Origin: a virus
Taxonomy: Duplodnaviria; Heunggongvirae; Uroviricota; Caudoviricetes
DNA length: 64,000 nucleotides
Strand: one strand, 5' to 3'
IMG/VR virus record: IMGVR_UViG_3300033069_001022
Coordinates: 26,960 to 90,959 of that record
Below the pieces are notes generated by a model that searched no databases, was not told the DNA's origin, and saw nothing but the letters and a program-made list of their open reading frames with translations. Positions 36,192 to 46,431 of this stretch are shown here, piece after piece. How positions within the stretch are numbered: position 1 is the stretch's first letter; each line of letters starts with the position of its first letter. The position numbers and the translations under genes are program-made.

Positions 36192-36922
36192 TAAGTGTAG
36201 ATAGTTTACTTTATGGAATAGACCAAAGGCTTAATAAGCTATCTACAAATGCTCACCAGGAAATTCCAGTAGAAGATAAACTGTTGGCTTTAAATGAGGG
36301 GCAGATAAAACTGATAAAAATAAAGGTAAGTCCTAACAATGTATACAAACTAGGTTTAGATGCATTTAAGAAACGGTATCAAGATCTACAGTTCCTTGTA
36401 GAGAATTTTGAAGACCATCCTTTGGACTTAATACTTGGAGATAAATACATGCATAAATACATAGTGAAGGTTGATGAACAAAGTTTAAAACCTCATTTTA
36501 TGTTTTATCTAGACAGTTACTTACTTGCTGATAAAGGAAAATGCTTAGATAGGGTTATAAGTTGTAATCCAGATTTGATAAAACACTCTGATATTCAACT
36601 TCTTTTAAAAAACAATAATTTTAAACCCTCTTTTGAGTTTCAAGAAACAGTAGTAGATATAGCCTCTGATGAATTACATGTTTATACAGATGGAACTTTT
36701 ACTCCTAAGAAATTATACTTATCATATATAAGATATCCAAAAGAAATTGATAAAGCAGGGTATATTAAATTTGATGGTTCACCTAGTATAGATCAAGATT
36801 GTGAGTTGGAAGATTATTTAAAAGATGAGCTTTTAGACATAACAGTTGAGAAACTAGCAATGTATACAGAAAATATTTCCGCAGCACAGTCTGCACAGAA
36901 CAGAATTCAAACAACAGAATAA
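36188..36922 (+). CDS. hypothetical virion-module protein (244 aa)
   Basis: ORF track. Confidence 0.5.
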   Translation: MISVDSLLYGIDQRLNKLSTNAHQEIPVEDKLLALNEGQIKLIKIKVSPNNVYKLGLDAFKKRYQDLQFLVENFEDHPLDLILGDKYMHKYIVKVDEQSLKPHFMFYLDSYLLADKGKCLDRVISCNPDLIKHSDIQLLLKNNNFKPSFEFQETVVDIASDELHVYTDGTFTPKKLYLSYIRYPKEIDKAGYIKFDGSPSIDQDCELEDYLKDELLDITVEKLAMYTENISAAQSAQNRIQTTE

Positions 36923-36940
36923 ATAAAAAAATAAATAAAA

Positions 36941-38080
36941 ATGAGTGAATTTTCTTTAACAACCGTATTTGTAGTTCCAGTAGGAAATACTTTACCTGCC
37001 TCTGGTGGTACAGAATCATTAGCTGATGGTGTTTTTAGCATCAGAAAAGATGAAGCCAGGACTATTGCAAATAATGGTAATATTGCTACAGCCAAATTTA
37101 TACAATTCTTTCAGGGTAGGGACTCCAGTTTAAACTTAGGTTCTAAACCATCAGACAGGATTAAAGCCTCTAAGGTAAAACGCTGGTATAAAGTAACAGG
37201 ATCAGCTACGGCTGTAAATGAAATTTGGCAAGTTTCTGATTTTAGAGCAAAGTGTGGTGAAGATGTAACTTTTACTCTTCGTGGACACTCAGCTTATATG
37301 GATACTATTTCATATAACGGTTTAACAAGGTCAGTAACTGTAAAAGCACCATGTTGTGAATGTGGAGAAGATCCTTGTACAGATGTAGATAATGAAGCTT
37401 TGATTGATTTAATCATAGCAAAAATCTCAACAACTGCTGCTGTACAAAATGGAACTGCTTCTCTTACATTAAGTTCTTTCTTTAATTTCTCTAAATCAGG
37501 AACAGGAGCAGACGCAGTATTACTGGTAGAGTCCAAACCTCTTACAGTATATGGTCAACCATGTGATTTAGCTATTAATCCATACCTTTTTGACCGTGTT
37601 TGGTTCAGGGTTTGGGTAAGTAATGGCCCAGCAACAACTGTTGATTTTGAAGTGTATGATGGTTGTGATATCACTGCTACAACTACCTTGCTTCAGCGTA
37701 GCTCATTCCCTCAGTTAACTTCCAAAGAAGTTGCTCAAATGGAACTTGATTATTATTCTTATCAGTCTCCATATAAGCATCTGTATAGAATGAGTGGTTA
37801 TAACCCATACTTCCAGAGCTATGTAACTGATGGTGAGATTTATGACCAATACGTTATTCAGTTTGATGAGTATAATCAAAATGATTCTTTTGTAGCTAAT
37901 TTGAAAGAAGACGAAAAAGTAATTTTGTATATTCCTCAAGGAGAGACTTCTACCATAGAAACTATGTTAGTAACTTATCTTGGAGCTATAGAAGATTCTT
38001 CTTCAACTGGACCGACTACAACTACTACAACTAGTACAACCAGTACTTCTACTACAACTACAACTACTCTAATCCCTTAA
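36941..38080 (+). CDS. Cys-containing structural protein with C-terminal poly-Thr tail (...PTTTTTTSTTSTSTTTTTTLIP)
   Basis: ORF track. Tail encoded by ACTACAACT-type repeats at 38014-38068. Confidence 0.5.
   Translation: MSEFSLTTVFVVPVGNTLPASGGTESLADGVFSIRKDEARTIANNGNIATAKFIQFFQGRDSSLNLGSKPSDRIKASKVKRWYKVTGSATAVNEIWQVSDFRAKCGEDVTFTLRGHSAYMDTISYNGLTRSVTVKAPCCECGEDPCTDVDNEALIDLIIAKISTTAAVQNGTASLTLSSFFNFSKSGTGADAVLLVESKPLTVYGQPCDLAINPYLFDRVWFRVWVSNGPATTVDFEVYDGCDITATTTLLQRSSFPQLTSKEVAQMELDYYSYQSPYKHLYRMSGYNPYFQSYVTDGEIYDQYVIQFDEYNQNDSFVANLKEDEKVILYIPQGETSTIETMLVTYLGAIEDSSSTGPTTTTTTSTTSTSTTTTTTLIP
38014..38068 (+). repeat. poly-Thr-encoding ACTAC(A/T)AC nucleotide repeat (copy 1 of 3)
   Basis: Near-identical tracts at 39094-39153 and 41993-42025. 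Confidence 0.7.
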
Positions 38081-38111
38081 GGAATAGATAGAAATAAATT
38101 ATAAACCACAA

Positions 38112-38157
38112 GGGGAGCAAAAGAGCAGTCCAAAAGCTCTCTTGCTCCCCTTTTTTA
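38112..38157 (+). terminator. rho-independent terminator GGGGAGCAA...TTGCTCCCC + TTTTTT
   Basis: Seen directly. Confidence 0.65.
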
Positions 38158-38168
38158 GTTTTTAAAAT

Positions 38169-38705
38169 ATGCCAATATTAAAATTAGATTTAGTGTATAT
38201 GGATACGCATAGGGCTGATAGCTTTGCTATTGCTGATACTTCTGTATATCCAACTGGTTTTATAAAGGTAAACCCTACATTAGAAGTAACAGTTCCAGGG
38301 TTTTCCCCTAAAAGTATTACTTTTACACCATCCTCTATACAGGTATATAATAGTAATACTTTAGGAATTACCTGTGATGACTGTGAACTAAGTAATCTAC
38401 CAGATGGAATATACACAGTTAAATATACACTTACTCCTGCATACCAATATTATGTAGAAAGAAGTTTTATGAGAACTAATATGATCTATTCAAAATTAGA
38501 CAGTTACTTCTTAAAACTAGATTTTATGCAATGTGACCAAGCCTTAAAGGAGTCTCAAAAAAAGGTACTAGACACAATAGAGTTCTTTATAGAGGGAGCA
38601 ATTGCGGCTGCTGATAAGTGTATGCCTGGTAAAGCAATGGATTTGTATAACACAGCTAATGACATGCTGAATAAATTTAATAAAAATGGGATGCCAAGTT
38701 GCTAA
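38169..38705 (+). CDS. hypothetical structural protein (178 aa)
   Basis: ORF track. Confidence 0.5.
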   Translation: MPILKLDLVYMDTHRADSFAIADTSVYPTGFIKVNPTLEVTVPGFSPKSITFTPSSIQVYNSNTLGITCDDCELSNLPDGIYTVKYTLTPAYQYYVERSFMRTNMIYSKLDSYFLKLDFMQCDQALKESQKKVLDTIEFFIEGAIAAADKCMPGKAMDLYNTANDMLNKFNKNGMPSC

Positions 38706-38790
38706 ATGTAAAGAATGTCCTGTAAAGATGAAAGCTTGTAAATTAATAGATGGTTTATGCCCTTCATGTAATGCAAAGAAAAAGAAATGA
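38686..38790 (+). CDS. possible 34-aa Cys-rich peptide (MGCQVAKCKECPVKMKACKLIDGLCPSCNAKKKK)
   Basis: Manual translation. Overlaps the stop of the previous gene, and its TGA overlaps the ATG of the next gene. Confidence 0.25.
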   Translation: MGCQVAKCKECPVKMKACKLIDGLCPSCNAKKKK

Positions 38791-39377
38791 AATTAACAAA
38801 CTGTACTACTTGTGGCTCACTAGAAGAATTACTATCAGACATTGATTGTACTATTATATACAATGCCTCAAAAAAATATAACTCAATAGCTTATAATTTA
38901 GGTATATGTTTAAATAGTAGGTTGCTAAGGGATCTATTAAGGTATAAAAGAATATTGAATAATAGATTATATGATGCTACGTATCCTTGTTCTTCTATAC
39001 CTGTTAATAAAATCATCAATCAAGCTTCTTTTATTGTAAGGGAAGAAGATTGCTCACGTTGTAAAGAATGTGATATAGAAGTGTTGGAAAGCACTACCAC
39101 TACAAGTACTACAACCAGCACAACTACTACAACAACCAGTACTACAACTACTTCTTATCCATCAAATTGTTCAAGATATAGAGTAGGTGTTTTTCCTGAG
39201 ATTCCTTTTTCTGCTACATTTAATCTGACTTATTCTCCTTGTGGAATAGATAGACCAACTCCTGTAACTATAACTATAAACACTAAAGAAGTTATAGATT
39301 TGTGTTGTGTACCAGATAGTATATCAGTAGATAGTTTATTTAGTGTTATTTTACTTAACGAAATTTGTATCCCTTAA
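38787..39377 (+). CDS. Cys-rich two-domain protein with an internal poly-Thr linker
   Basis: MKLTNCTTCGS...CSRCKECD...ESTTTTSTTTSTTTTTTSTTTTSYP... Confidence 0.5.
   Translation: MKLTNCTTCGSLEELLSDIDCTIIYNASKKYNSIAYNLGICLNSRLLRDLLRYKRILNNRLYDATYPCSSIPVNKIINQASFIVREEDCSRCKECDIEVLESTTTTSTTTSTTTTTTSTTTTSYPSNCSRYRVGVFPEIPFSATFNLTYSPCGIDRPTPVTITINTKEVIDLCCVPDSISVDSLFSVILLNEICIP
39094..39153 (+). repeat. poly-Thr-encoding repeat (copy 2 of 3)
   Basis: Seen directly. Confidence 0.7.
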
Positions 39378-39388
39378 AATATTAAAAT

Positions 39389-40459
39389 ATGGTTTGTGTA
39401 GATTGTTTAAAAAGTTGTAATGGAATTATCACTCCAGATAAATGTATATCATATACAAATGGTGTTTATCCTCTGTTAGGTATTTGTGGAGATGAATCTT
39501 TGTTTGAAATAGAGGGAATTATCCTAGATAAGTTATTAACTTTGATGGATGGAACTTCTATTACGATAGAAGGCTTAAATACTACTTGTTCCCTAATAGC
39601 TAATATTCAAAGTACTCTTCCTACAACTGTTCCGAATTTATTTCAAACTCTTATAACTGCTTCTTGTAGTTTGCAGAATCAAATTACAAATTTATCAGCT
39701 ATTGTTACAGCAGGATATTCTTTTAATGTAAGCTGTTTATCTGGGATTACTCCTAATTCAAGTAGAGACCAAATAACCCAAGCTGTAATAAATAAGGCTT
39801 GTGATAATGCTTCAAGAATAACAGCAATTGAGAATGATTATGTAAAAGCATCAGATTTATGTGATTTAGTAAATGATTGTATAAATCCTGGTGGAGGCGG
39901 TGGTGGCTCTACTGATACCCAATTTAACACTAGGATGGTTCCATATGCCCCTATACCATATATAGGTTCTTTGTCAAATTTTGATAATACAGGAAAAGGA
40001 TTATCATCTGCTGGTTTTGAAAAAGTATATTTGATGAATGGTTTAAATGGGACTCAGGATTGGAGAGGTAGAAGTCCTATAGGAGCTATTCAAAATGTTC
40101 CTGGTGGAGTATTAGATGCTTCTGTTGACCCATCTCTCCCACAAAATGTAGGTACTAATTATGTTTTAAATCAAAAGGTAGGTGTGTCTTCTGTTGCTCT
40201 TGTAATAAGCCAGATGCCTTCACATACCCATGCTATTTCAGATCCAGGTCATAAACATGGCTATACCCAAGTTAATGGTAATAGCTATACTGGAGGAACG
40301 AGTTCTATTAATGGTAGTGGTGCTAACAATCCTGTAAATACAACTAAAAATACAAATGTATCTAATACAGGTATAACTATAGGATATTCAGGTTCTGGTT
40401 TAGCCCACACTAACTTGCAGCCATCAGCAGCTTGTTACTATATTGTATACATTCCATAA
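39389..40459 (+). CDS. tail fiber-like protein with phage tail-collar (MdpB-type) domain and His-rich HTHxxxxxHKH tip
   Basis: WRGRSPIG...VALVISQMPSHTHAISDPGHKHGYTQ fits the tail-collar core (LRGRxPvG ... QMPxHtH). Gly-rich GGGGGGS hinge. Confidence 0.55.
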   Translation: MVCVDCLKSCNGIITPDKCISYTNGVYPLLGICGDESLFEIEGIILDKLLTLMDGTSITIEGLNTTCSLIANIQSTLPTTVPNLFQTLITASCSLQNQITNLSAIVTAGYSFNVSCLSGITPNSSRDQITQAVINKACDNASRITAIENDYVKASDLCDLVNDCINPGGGGGGSTDTQFNTRMVPYAPIPYIGSLSNFDNTGKGLSSAGFEKVYLMNGLNGTQDWRGRSPIGAIQNVPGGVLDASVDPSLPQNVGTNYVLNQKVGVSSVALVISQMPSHTHAISDPGHKHGYTQVNGNSYTGGTSSINGSGANNPVNTTKNTNVSNTGITIGYSGSGLAHTNLQPSAACYYIVYIP

Positions 40460-40471
40460 AATAATTTAAAT

Positions 40472-42037
40472 ATGTCTTGTCCAGATTGTTCATCAACACT
40501 TCCTTTAACATTTGATATTCAAGCATTTGTGAACAACAGTTGCTCAGAATGTCAGCAACAAAACTGTTTACCTGTAAAATATTTATGTTATACAGGTCCT
40601 GCATTACCTTGTTCTGGAATAGTTACTGGTGATACATTAGAAGTTGCTCTTCAAAAAATTGATGAACAAATCTGTTCAGCAACAGGAGATTACTCTGCTT
40701 ATCAGTTTAATTGCTTACCAACTTGGTGGGGAGAAGCTATAACAAGTGAAGCTGAATTTGTTGATGCTATTACTTTATATGCTTGTGAAATAACTGATAA
40801 TCTTCAGACATTCACAGGTGTAACTTTTCCAGCATATCAATCTGAAGTTGAAGCCCAACTAGATGATATAACTGGACCATCTTTAACATGTACTTCGGCA
40901 GGAGTTACCAGTGTTGATAGTCTATACACTGTTTTAACTAAATATTGTACTAAATTCGGAAGTATAGACACAGCTCTTGATATATCTTCTGTAACATGGA
41001 ATAGTTGTTTTACAGTAGTAAGTCCCCCAACTACAATTGCTGGGGGTTTTAATGAACTTATTACGCAAATATGTGCTGTTAAAACATTAGCAAGTTCTGC
41101 TGCTGTTTTACCTACTTTTAATAACAGTCTAAACTGTTTAGCTGGAACAACTGCTGATACCCTGGTTGAAACTATAGGACTATTAACTGATAAAGTTTGT
41201 GAACCATTCCCTTTTGATCCCTCTCTTATTACATGGGACTGTCTGGATGATACAGCAACTGATTTACAAGAGGCTGTAGAAGTGATTGTAGATGAGGTAA
41301 ATGTAATTAAAAAAGGTCTGATTACAGCAGTATCTGCGGATTTTGTTCTATCACAAACAGATCCAATGGATGCATGTGCAGGATTAACCATAGAACTTGC
41401 TACACCACTAGTAAACAGTGATAGGTTGGTAGCTAGTAATGTATCTGATTTAAGTCCTGGTACTCTTATAGATAAGCTTACAGCAGGTACTAATATTACT
41501 CTGGATGATACCACAACTCCAGGACAAGTTATTATAAATGCAGATAATGACCATTTATTAATTGCTGGTCCAGGGGATGCAAACCCTAATACCTTAATAG
41601 AGAAATTAAATGGAGATACAGAGTCAGGTATAGCAATTACACCTACTTATAATGCTTTTACTGAACAAGTTGATTTAGATTTAACGATAGACCTTCAATC
41701 TTTTCTATCTACCGCTATGACTTTCATAGCTAGTAGTCCTGCTTTACTTGCTCAATTCTGTGCTTTAGTAAGCTCTTGTGGAGCAACTTGTGCTACATTT
41801 GTATACACTATATTTAATGACTCAGGTTCTGATCAAGGTATAACTTGGTTACAATGTGGTAATGCTACCCCAATCGAGATTAACTTACCAAATGGCGACA
41901 CTATTCAAGTATGTGCTGTTCAGGATAGTGTGACTGCCCCAGTTGGGGTTGTAGTTACTCTGGGAGATGCTTGTAGTATAAGTGAAGTACCTACCACAAC
42001 AACTAGTACCACAACTACAACAACATTAAGCCCTTAA
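40472..42037 (+). CDS. Cys-rich Ser/Thr-rich structural protein (521 aa) ending in a poly-Thr tail (...PTTTTSTTTTTTLSP)
   Basis: ORF track. The 225-aa antisense ORF is judged spurious. Confidence 0.5.
   Translation: MSCPDCSSTLPLTFDIQAFVNNSCSECQQQNCLPVKYLCYTGPALPCSGIVTGDTLEVALQKIDEQICSATGDYSAYQFNCLPTWWGEAITSEAEFVDAITLYACEITDNLQTFTGVTFPAYQSEVEAQLDDITGPSLTCTSAGVTSVDSLYTVLTKYCTKFGSIDTALDISSVTWNSCFTVVSPPTTIAGGFNELITQICAVKTLASSAAVLPTFNNSLNCLAGTTADTLVETIGLLTDKVCEPFPFDPSLITWDCLDDTATDLQEAVEVIVDEVNVIKKGLITAVSADFVLSQTDPMDACAGLTIELATPLVNSDRLVASNVSDLSPGTLIDKLTAGTNITLDDTTTPGQVIINADNDHLLIAGPGDANPNTLIEKLNGDTESGIAITPTYNAFTEQVDLDLTIDLQSFLSTAMTFIASSPALLAQFCALVSSCGATCATFVYTIFNDSGSDQGITWLQCGNATPIEINLPNGDTIQVCAVQDSVTAPVGVVVTLGDACSISEVPTTTTSTTTTTTLSP
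41993..42025 (+). repeat. poly-Thr-encoding repeat (copy 3 of 3)
   Basis: Seen directly. Confidence 0.7.
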
Positions 42038-42054
42038 TATAATAATCAATATAC

Positions 42055-42088
42055 AAACCTCCTCTCCATTGGATTGGAGGTTTTTTTG
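42055..42088 (+). terminator. rho-independent terminator AAACCTCC...GGAGGTTT + TTTTTTG
   Basis: Seen directly. Confidence 0.65.
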
Positions 42089-42140
42089 TTTATAAACTAT
42101 AATAGTTACATTATTTTGTTAATGAACAAAAAAAGTTATA

Positions 42141-42180
42141 CTTTTATTTGGTTATGTAAAAAAGGTTTTGTAACTTTGTT
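42141..42180 (+). promoter_or_regulatory. candidate Bacteroidetes-type promoter (TTTG ... TAACTTTG)
   Basis: TAnnTTTG at about 42170-42177, about 28 nt upstream of the ATG at 42205. Confidence 0.3.
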
Positions 42181-42204
42181 TCAATTTTTAACTAAAACAT
42201 TATT

Positions 42205-43401
42205 ATGTTAGAGGAATTAAAAGGGTTATTAAAGCATAAAAAGTCTAATTCTTATTATGCAGAAAAATTAGGAATAAGTGTGGAAGAGGTAAAGAAGCTT
42301 AAAAAGCAAATTTCCAAAGTAGTTGGTAAACAAGCTCTTATAGAAGATTTTGTAAGAAAAGTAAATGTTGAGAAAGGTACTTTAGAATCTTCTGTTGAAA
42401 CAACCTTTGAACCAAAAGATGATATTGAACTAGCTGAATTACATAAGATAGATTTAAATAAATACAAGATTTCTACTTACTGGTCCAAGTTAAAACCTAA
42501 TGGACACTTTACTTCCTCTGTATTAGCTTCCTTGAAAAAACCAGAAGATTACTCAGCTAAAGACTTTGCTAAGTTTTTAGAAACTTATGAGCCTCCAAAA
42601 GTATTAATTTCAACAGTTTCTGTAATTGACGGGTTTAATAGAGAAGAAGTAGATGCTGTTCTTTCAATAGCTGATTTTCATCTTGCAAAGAAAACCCTTG
42701 AAGGAGAATCAATACAAGATAAAAAAAATCATTATATATCTGTTGTAACCGATTTGGTTAGAAAAGCCTCTTCTCCTTATCTTAATCTTAGAAAACTAGT
42801 ATTTGTTTTATCAAATGACTTTTTCCACACAGATAATATCCATAACCAAACTACAAATGGCACTCCACAGGAAACACTAGTAGAATATCACAATGAGTAT
42901 GAAGAGGGTTTTGAACTTATAACAAGTACTCTTGTATTTTTAAAACAACATTTCAAAGAAATAGAAGTAGTATTAGTTCAAGGTAATCATGATAGAACTA
43001 AATCATTTTATTTTGCTCATGCACTTGAGATATTCTTTAAAAATGAATCCAGAATAACTTTTCAGAGAGAACACTCTATTACTAAATGTGTAACTCTAGG
43101 AAATACATTCATAGGTTTTCATCATGGTAATTGTAAAATAGATGATTTACCGTTACTATTTGCAACTGGTAAAGACTCCTCTCAATTTGGAAATGCTAAG
43201 TATAGAGAGGTTCACACAGGAGATAAGCACCATTATATGGCTAAAGAAATAAAAGGAGTAAGAATTCAACAAATGCCCTCTTTATCTGGTAAAGATAATT
43301 GGCATAATGACCATAATTTTGTCAATAATATAAGAGCAGGATTAATACTCTTATATCACCCATTAACAGGTAAAATTGGAGAATTTGAAGCAAGAATCTA
43401 A
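42205..43401 (+). CDS. calcineurin-like metallophosphoesterase
   Basis: LSNDFFHTD, VQGNHDRT, GFHHGN, HTGDKHH motifs. Confidence 0.6.
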   Translation: MLEELKGLLKHKKSNSYYAEKLGISVEEVKKLKKQISKVVGKQALIEDFVRKVNVEKGTLESSVETTFEPKDDIELAELHKIDLNKYKISTYWSKLKPNGHFTSSVLASLKKPEDYSAKDFAKFLETYEPPKVLISTVSVIDGFNREEVDAVLSIADFHLAKKTLEGESIQDKKNHYISVVTDLVRKASSPYLNLRKLVFVLSNDFFHTDNIHNQTTNGTPQETLVEYHNEYEEGFELITSTLVFLKQHFKEIEVVLVQGNHDRTKSFYFAHALEIFFKNESRITFQREHSITKCVTLGNTFIGFHHGNCKIDDLPLLFATGKDSSQFGNAKYREVHTGDKHHYMAKEIKGVRIQQMPSLSGKDNWHNDHNFVNNIRAGLILLYHPLTGKIGEFEARI

Positions 43402-43597
43402 AGTAATTTGGATGTCTTTAGAAATGCAAACAGCTTTAAATTTTATTAAAGACATAGTCGATAAAAACTTTGAATACAGTATATTGTATGCAACAGATTT
43501 TAGTAAAGATAATATGTACAATATAGCAAAAGAGATATATGAAAAATCTTATAAAGATACATTACCAATATCATATTTAGAATACTATAAACCATGA
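43376..43597 (+). CDS. hypothetical protein (73 aa)
   Basis: ORF track. Confidence 0.35.
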   Translation: MENLKQESKVIWMSLEMQTALNFIKDIVDKNFEYSILYATDFSKDNMYNIAKEIYEKSYKDTLPISYLEYYKP

Positions 43598-44301
43598 GTT
43601 ACACCAATAGAGATTTTGTCAGCCAGGTAAGGTCAATGTCTAAGTTATTAAGCTCTGACCAGATGATTACTGATAGAGCTATTCTAAGAGAGGGAAAAGA
43701 CGTTGCTAATTTACTGATTAAGCAGTCAATGGATAAAAGGAAATTATGGCAATCACCAAATGTGTTTGCCTTTTTTCCATGTCTGGAAATGGAGAAAGTT
43801 CCTATCTCTGAATGTTGCGAATACATATCTGAAACTATGGTTGCTAAGTCTAAGAAGAAACTTCCTAAGATTGGTGAAGGAACTTGGGGGCTGGCAATAC
43901 AGGGAGTATATGGTCTGGATATGACAAAGAAACTTAAAGAAGTTAATCCAAATAGGTATGCTAATATTCTAAAACTTAAACTAAATGTCAATGATGTATA
44001 TTACTGGGTCTTAAATGATCATCTTTATATATCTAATCCAGATACAAAAGCTGCCAATATGTTTTTATATCCGGCAGAAATTGTAAGTAATGATTTACTT
44101 TTCCCTGGTGAAGATTGTGATTGCATGGTTAAACCACATATTAGTGATTTATGTGCTAACCCTCTAGACCAACCCTTTTATGCCCCATCAGACCGTATGA
44201 CTGATATTAAAAACATAGTTTATGCCTCTTTAATGAAGACATATTTTGGTATAAAATCGGATGAAACTTCAAATAATTTAGATGAATCTACAAGAAAATA
44301 A
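43594..44301 (+). CDS. hypothetical protein (235 aa)
   Basis: ORF track. The antisense ORF 43599..43991 is judged spurious. Confidence 0.45.
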   Translation: MSYTNRDFVSQVRSMSKLLSSDQMITDRAILREGKDVANLLIKQSMDKRKLWQSPNVFAFFPCLEMEKVPISECCEYISETMVAKSKKKLPKIGEGTWGLAIQGVYGLDMTKKLKEVNPNRYANILKLKLNVNDVYYWVLNDHLYISNPDTKAANMFLYPAEIVSNDLLFPGEDCDCMVKPHISDLCANPLDQPFYAPSDRMTDIKNIVYASLMKTYFGIKSDETSNNLDESTRK

Positions 44302-45058
44302 ATACTATTTATATCGTCATATTAGATTAGACAAAAATGAAGTCTTTTATGTAGGTGTAGGTCAAAAGACTAAACATTATACTTCATATAAGAAAGAATA
44401 TAGAAGAGCTTTTGAAAAGAATACCAATAGAACTAATTATTGGAAAAACATAATTAATCAGACAGATTATGAAGTAGAAATAGTATTGGAGTCTAATAAT
44501 TATGATTTTATATTAGAAAAAGAAAAAGAGTTTATAAAACTGTATGGTAGAAAAGATTTGGGATTAGGCGTATTAGTAAATTTAAATAATGGTGGAGGAG
44601 GGAATAAAGGGTATAAATTGCCTAATGACAAAAGAAAACTCCTTTCTGAAAATAGAAAAAATGAATTTAAAAATGGAACCAGGTCTAAAGCATCTTTTAG
44701 TAAAATTGTTTTTAGATATAATCTAGATGGTAAATTTATAGATGAATTTCCTAGTGTAGTGGCAGCAAGTATTTTTACACATATATCTAAAGAGTCTATT
44801 TATAAAGCCACAACTAATAAATCAAAAATATGTGGAGGTTATTACTGGAGTTATAATAAAATGGATATTATTTCTATACCTTGTAGAAGAAAAAATACAA
44901 AAAAAGTGTGTCAGTATGATCTAAAAGGTAACTTTATTAAAGAGTGGGAAGACTTATACGCTATTACTCACTCATTAAATGTAGATAGAGATAGGATTAA
45001 TAATAATTTAATAAATAAATCTAAAAGTTCTTGTGGGTTTATTTGGAAATATAAATAG
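44282..45058 (+). mobile_element. GIY-YIG homing endonuclease (free-standing, with C-terminal DNA-binding region)
   Basis: YYLYRHIRLDKNEVFYVGVGQ ... YKKEYRRAFEKNTNRTNYWKNII ... EKEFIKLYG fits the GIY-YIG core. Confidence 0.75.
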
Positions 45059-45094
45059 TTACTAATAGTACCATTATATAAACATATTTAAACT

Positions 45095-45571
45095 ATGCCG
45101 AGAGTCAAGGTCGCCTACCGAACTACCGAAAAAGATGTCTTTAAAAGATTTAAAGAAAAGCATCCTGATATCAAGATAGATTACACTACTTGGTGTAATA
45201 TAATATATAGTTTTAATTATGCTTTTCGAGATTCTGTCTTGGAAACTGGTAAAAAGATTAAGTTTCCATATGGTTTTGGAGACTTTGCTATAACTAAGTT
45301 TAAACCAAGAAAAAATAAAACACTTCCAGATGGTAGAGAAATTATAGGACTGCCTATAAACTGGAAAAAAACAAAAGAACTAGGTAAGTTTGTGTATCAC
45401 ATGAATTACAATACAGAAGGTTTTAAGTTTAAGTGGCAATGGGATAAGAAGAATGCTAGGTTCCTATACTCTTCTTTATGGTGTTTTAAACCTTCCAGAA
45501 TTACTTCTAGATTATTAAGTCATTATTTATTAGAACCAGAACAACAATATAAATACCAAGAGTGGAGTTAA
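45095..45571 (+). CDS. hypothetical protein (158 aa)
   Basis: ORF track. Confidence 0.45.
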   Translation: MPRVKVAYRTTEKDVFKRFKEKHPDIKIDYTTWCNIIYSFNYAFRDSVLETGKKIKFPYGFGDFAITKFKPRKNKTLPDGREIIGLPINWKKTKELGKFVYHMNYNTEGFKFKWQWDKKNARFLYSSLWCFKPSRITSRLLSHYLLEPEQQYKYQEWS

Positions 45572-45572
45572 T

Positions 45573-46430
45573 ATGCATTACTATAAATATACTTTTGAAA
45601 GCCCAGAAAAACTAATAGCTATTGTCAAAGAAGAGTTTAAATCTTTCTTTGATACAGGGGCTATTGACGATACCATGTTTCCAATATACCTTTCTAAATG
45701 TTTAGATAGACTTGGAAGAGGTTCCTATAGAATAAATTCTGCTATTCTTACAATGGATGATTTTCAAGCAAGATTACCAGATGATTTTTATGCTGTGAGA
45801 GAAGCTTGGTTATGTACTGATGTAACTTCTGCCTATAGACTCCCTGGAGCAGATTACCAACAAGTGGAATCTGTATCTACTAGGTTAGATACACCAGATG
45901 TATATTGTGATAAATGTAGTGAATGTGCTTTACCAGATATTATCAAAGCTGTATATAAAACTACTCACACGGCTTTTGCACACTATAAAAAACAATATCT
46001 TTTAAAACCAGGCACTATATGGAGTAAAGGAGAATGCTCAGAGGATTGTGCAAATTTCCATTCACATGGTCCAGAATCATTTGATATACATGACAATAAA
46101 TTCACAGTAACTTTTAGAGAGGGTAAAGTATATCTTGTCTATTACTCAAAATCATATGATTGTAATGGGTATGAAATGATACCAGATAATTATAGATTAA
46201 AGGAATTTATTGAAGCTTTTCTTAAAATGAAAGTGTGGGAACAGGTTGTTAACAACAATACAGACGAAGGCTTAACTAAGTACTACCTGAATCAATTAGA
46301 TAGGTATACAAGAATGGCTGATGAGGCTTACATTATAGCAGATATAGAAAAGAAGAAAGAGACTGTTTATGATATAAACAGAAAAATTATAAGGGATTTG
46401 AATCGTTTTCAAAAATATGAGATAAGATAA
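45573..46430 (+). CDS. hypothetical Cys-containing protein (285 aa)
   Basis: ORF track. Confidence 0.5.
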   Translation: MHYYKYTFESPEKLIAIVKEEFKSFFDTGAIDDTMFPIYLSKCLDRLGRGSYRINSAILTMDDFQARLPDDFYAVREAWLCTDVTSAYRLPGADYQQVESVSTRLDTPDVYCDKCSECALPDIIKAVYKTTHTAFAHYKKQYLLKPGTIWSKGECSEDCANFHSHGPESFDIHDNKFTVTFREGKVYLVYYSKSYDCNGYEMIPDNYRLKEFIEAFLKMKVWEQVVNNNTDEGLTKYYLNQLDRYTRMADEAYIIADIEKKKETVYDINRKIIRDLNRFQKYEIR

Positions 46431-46431
46431 T

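Noticed and set aside
40837-41514. 225-aa minus-strand ORF antisense to the 521-aa Cys/Thr-rich gene
   Set aside because: It is Ser/Thr/Val-rich, the expected open antisense frame of a T/S/A-rich gene. The plus-strand product fits its neighbours (Cys-rich, poly-Thr tail, terminator after it).
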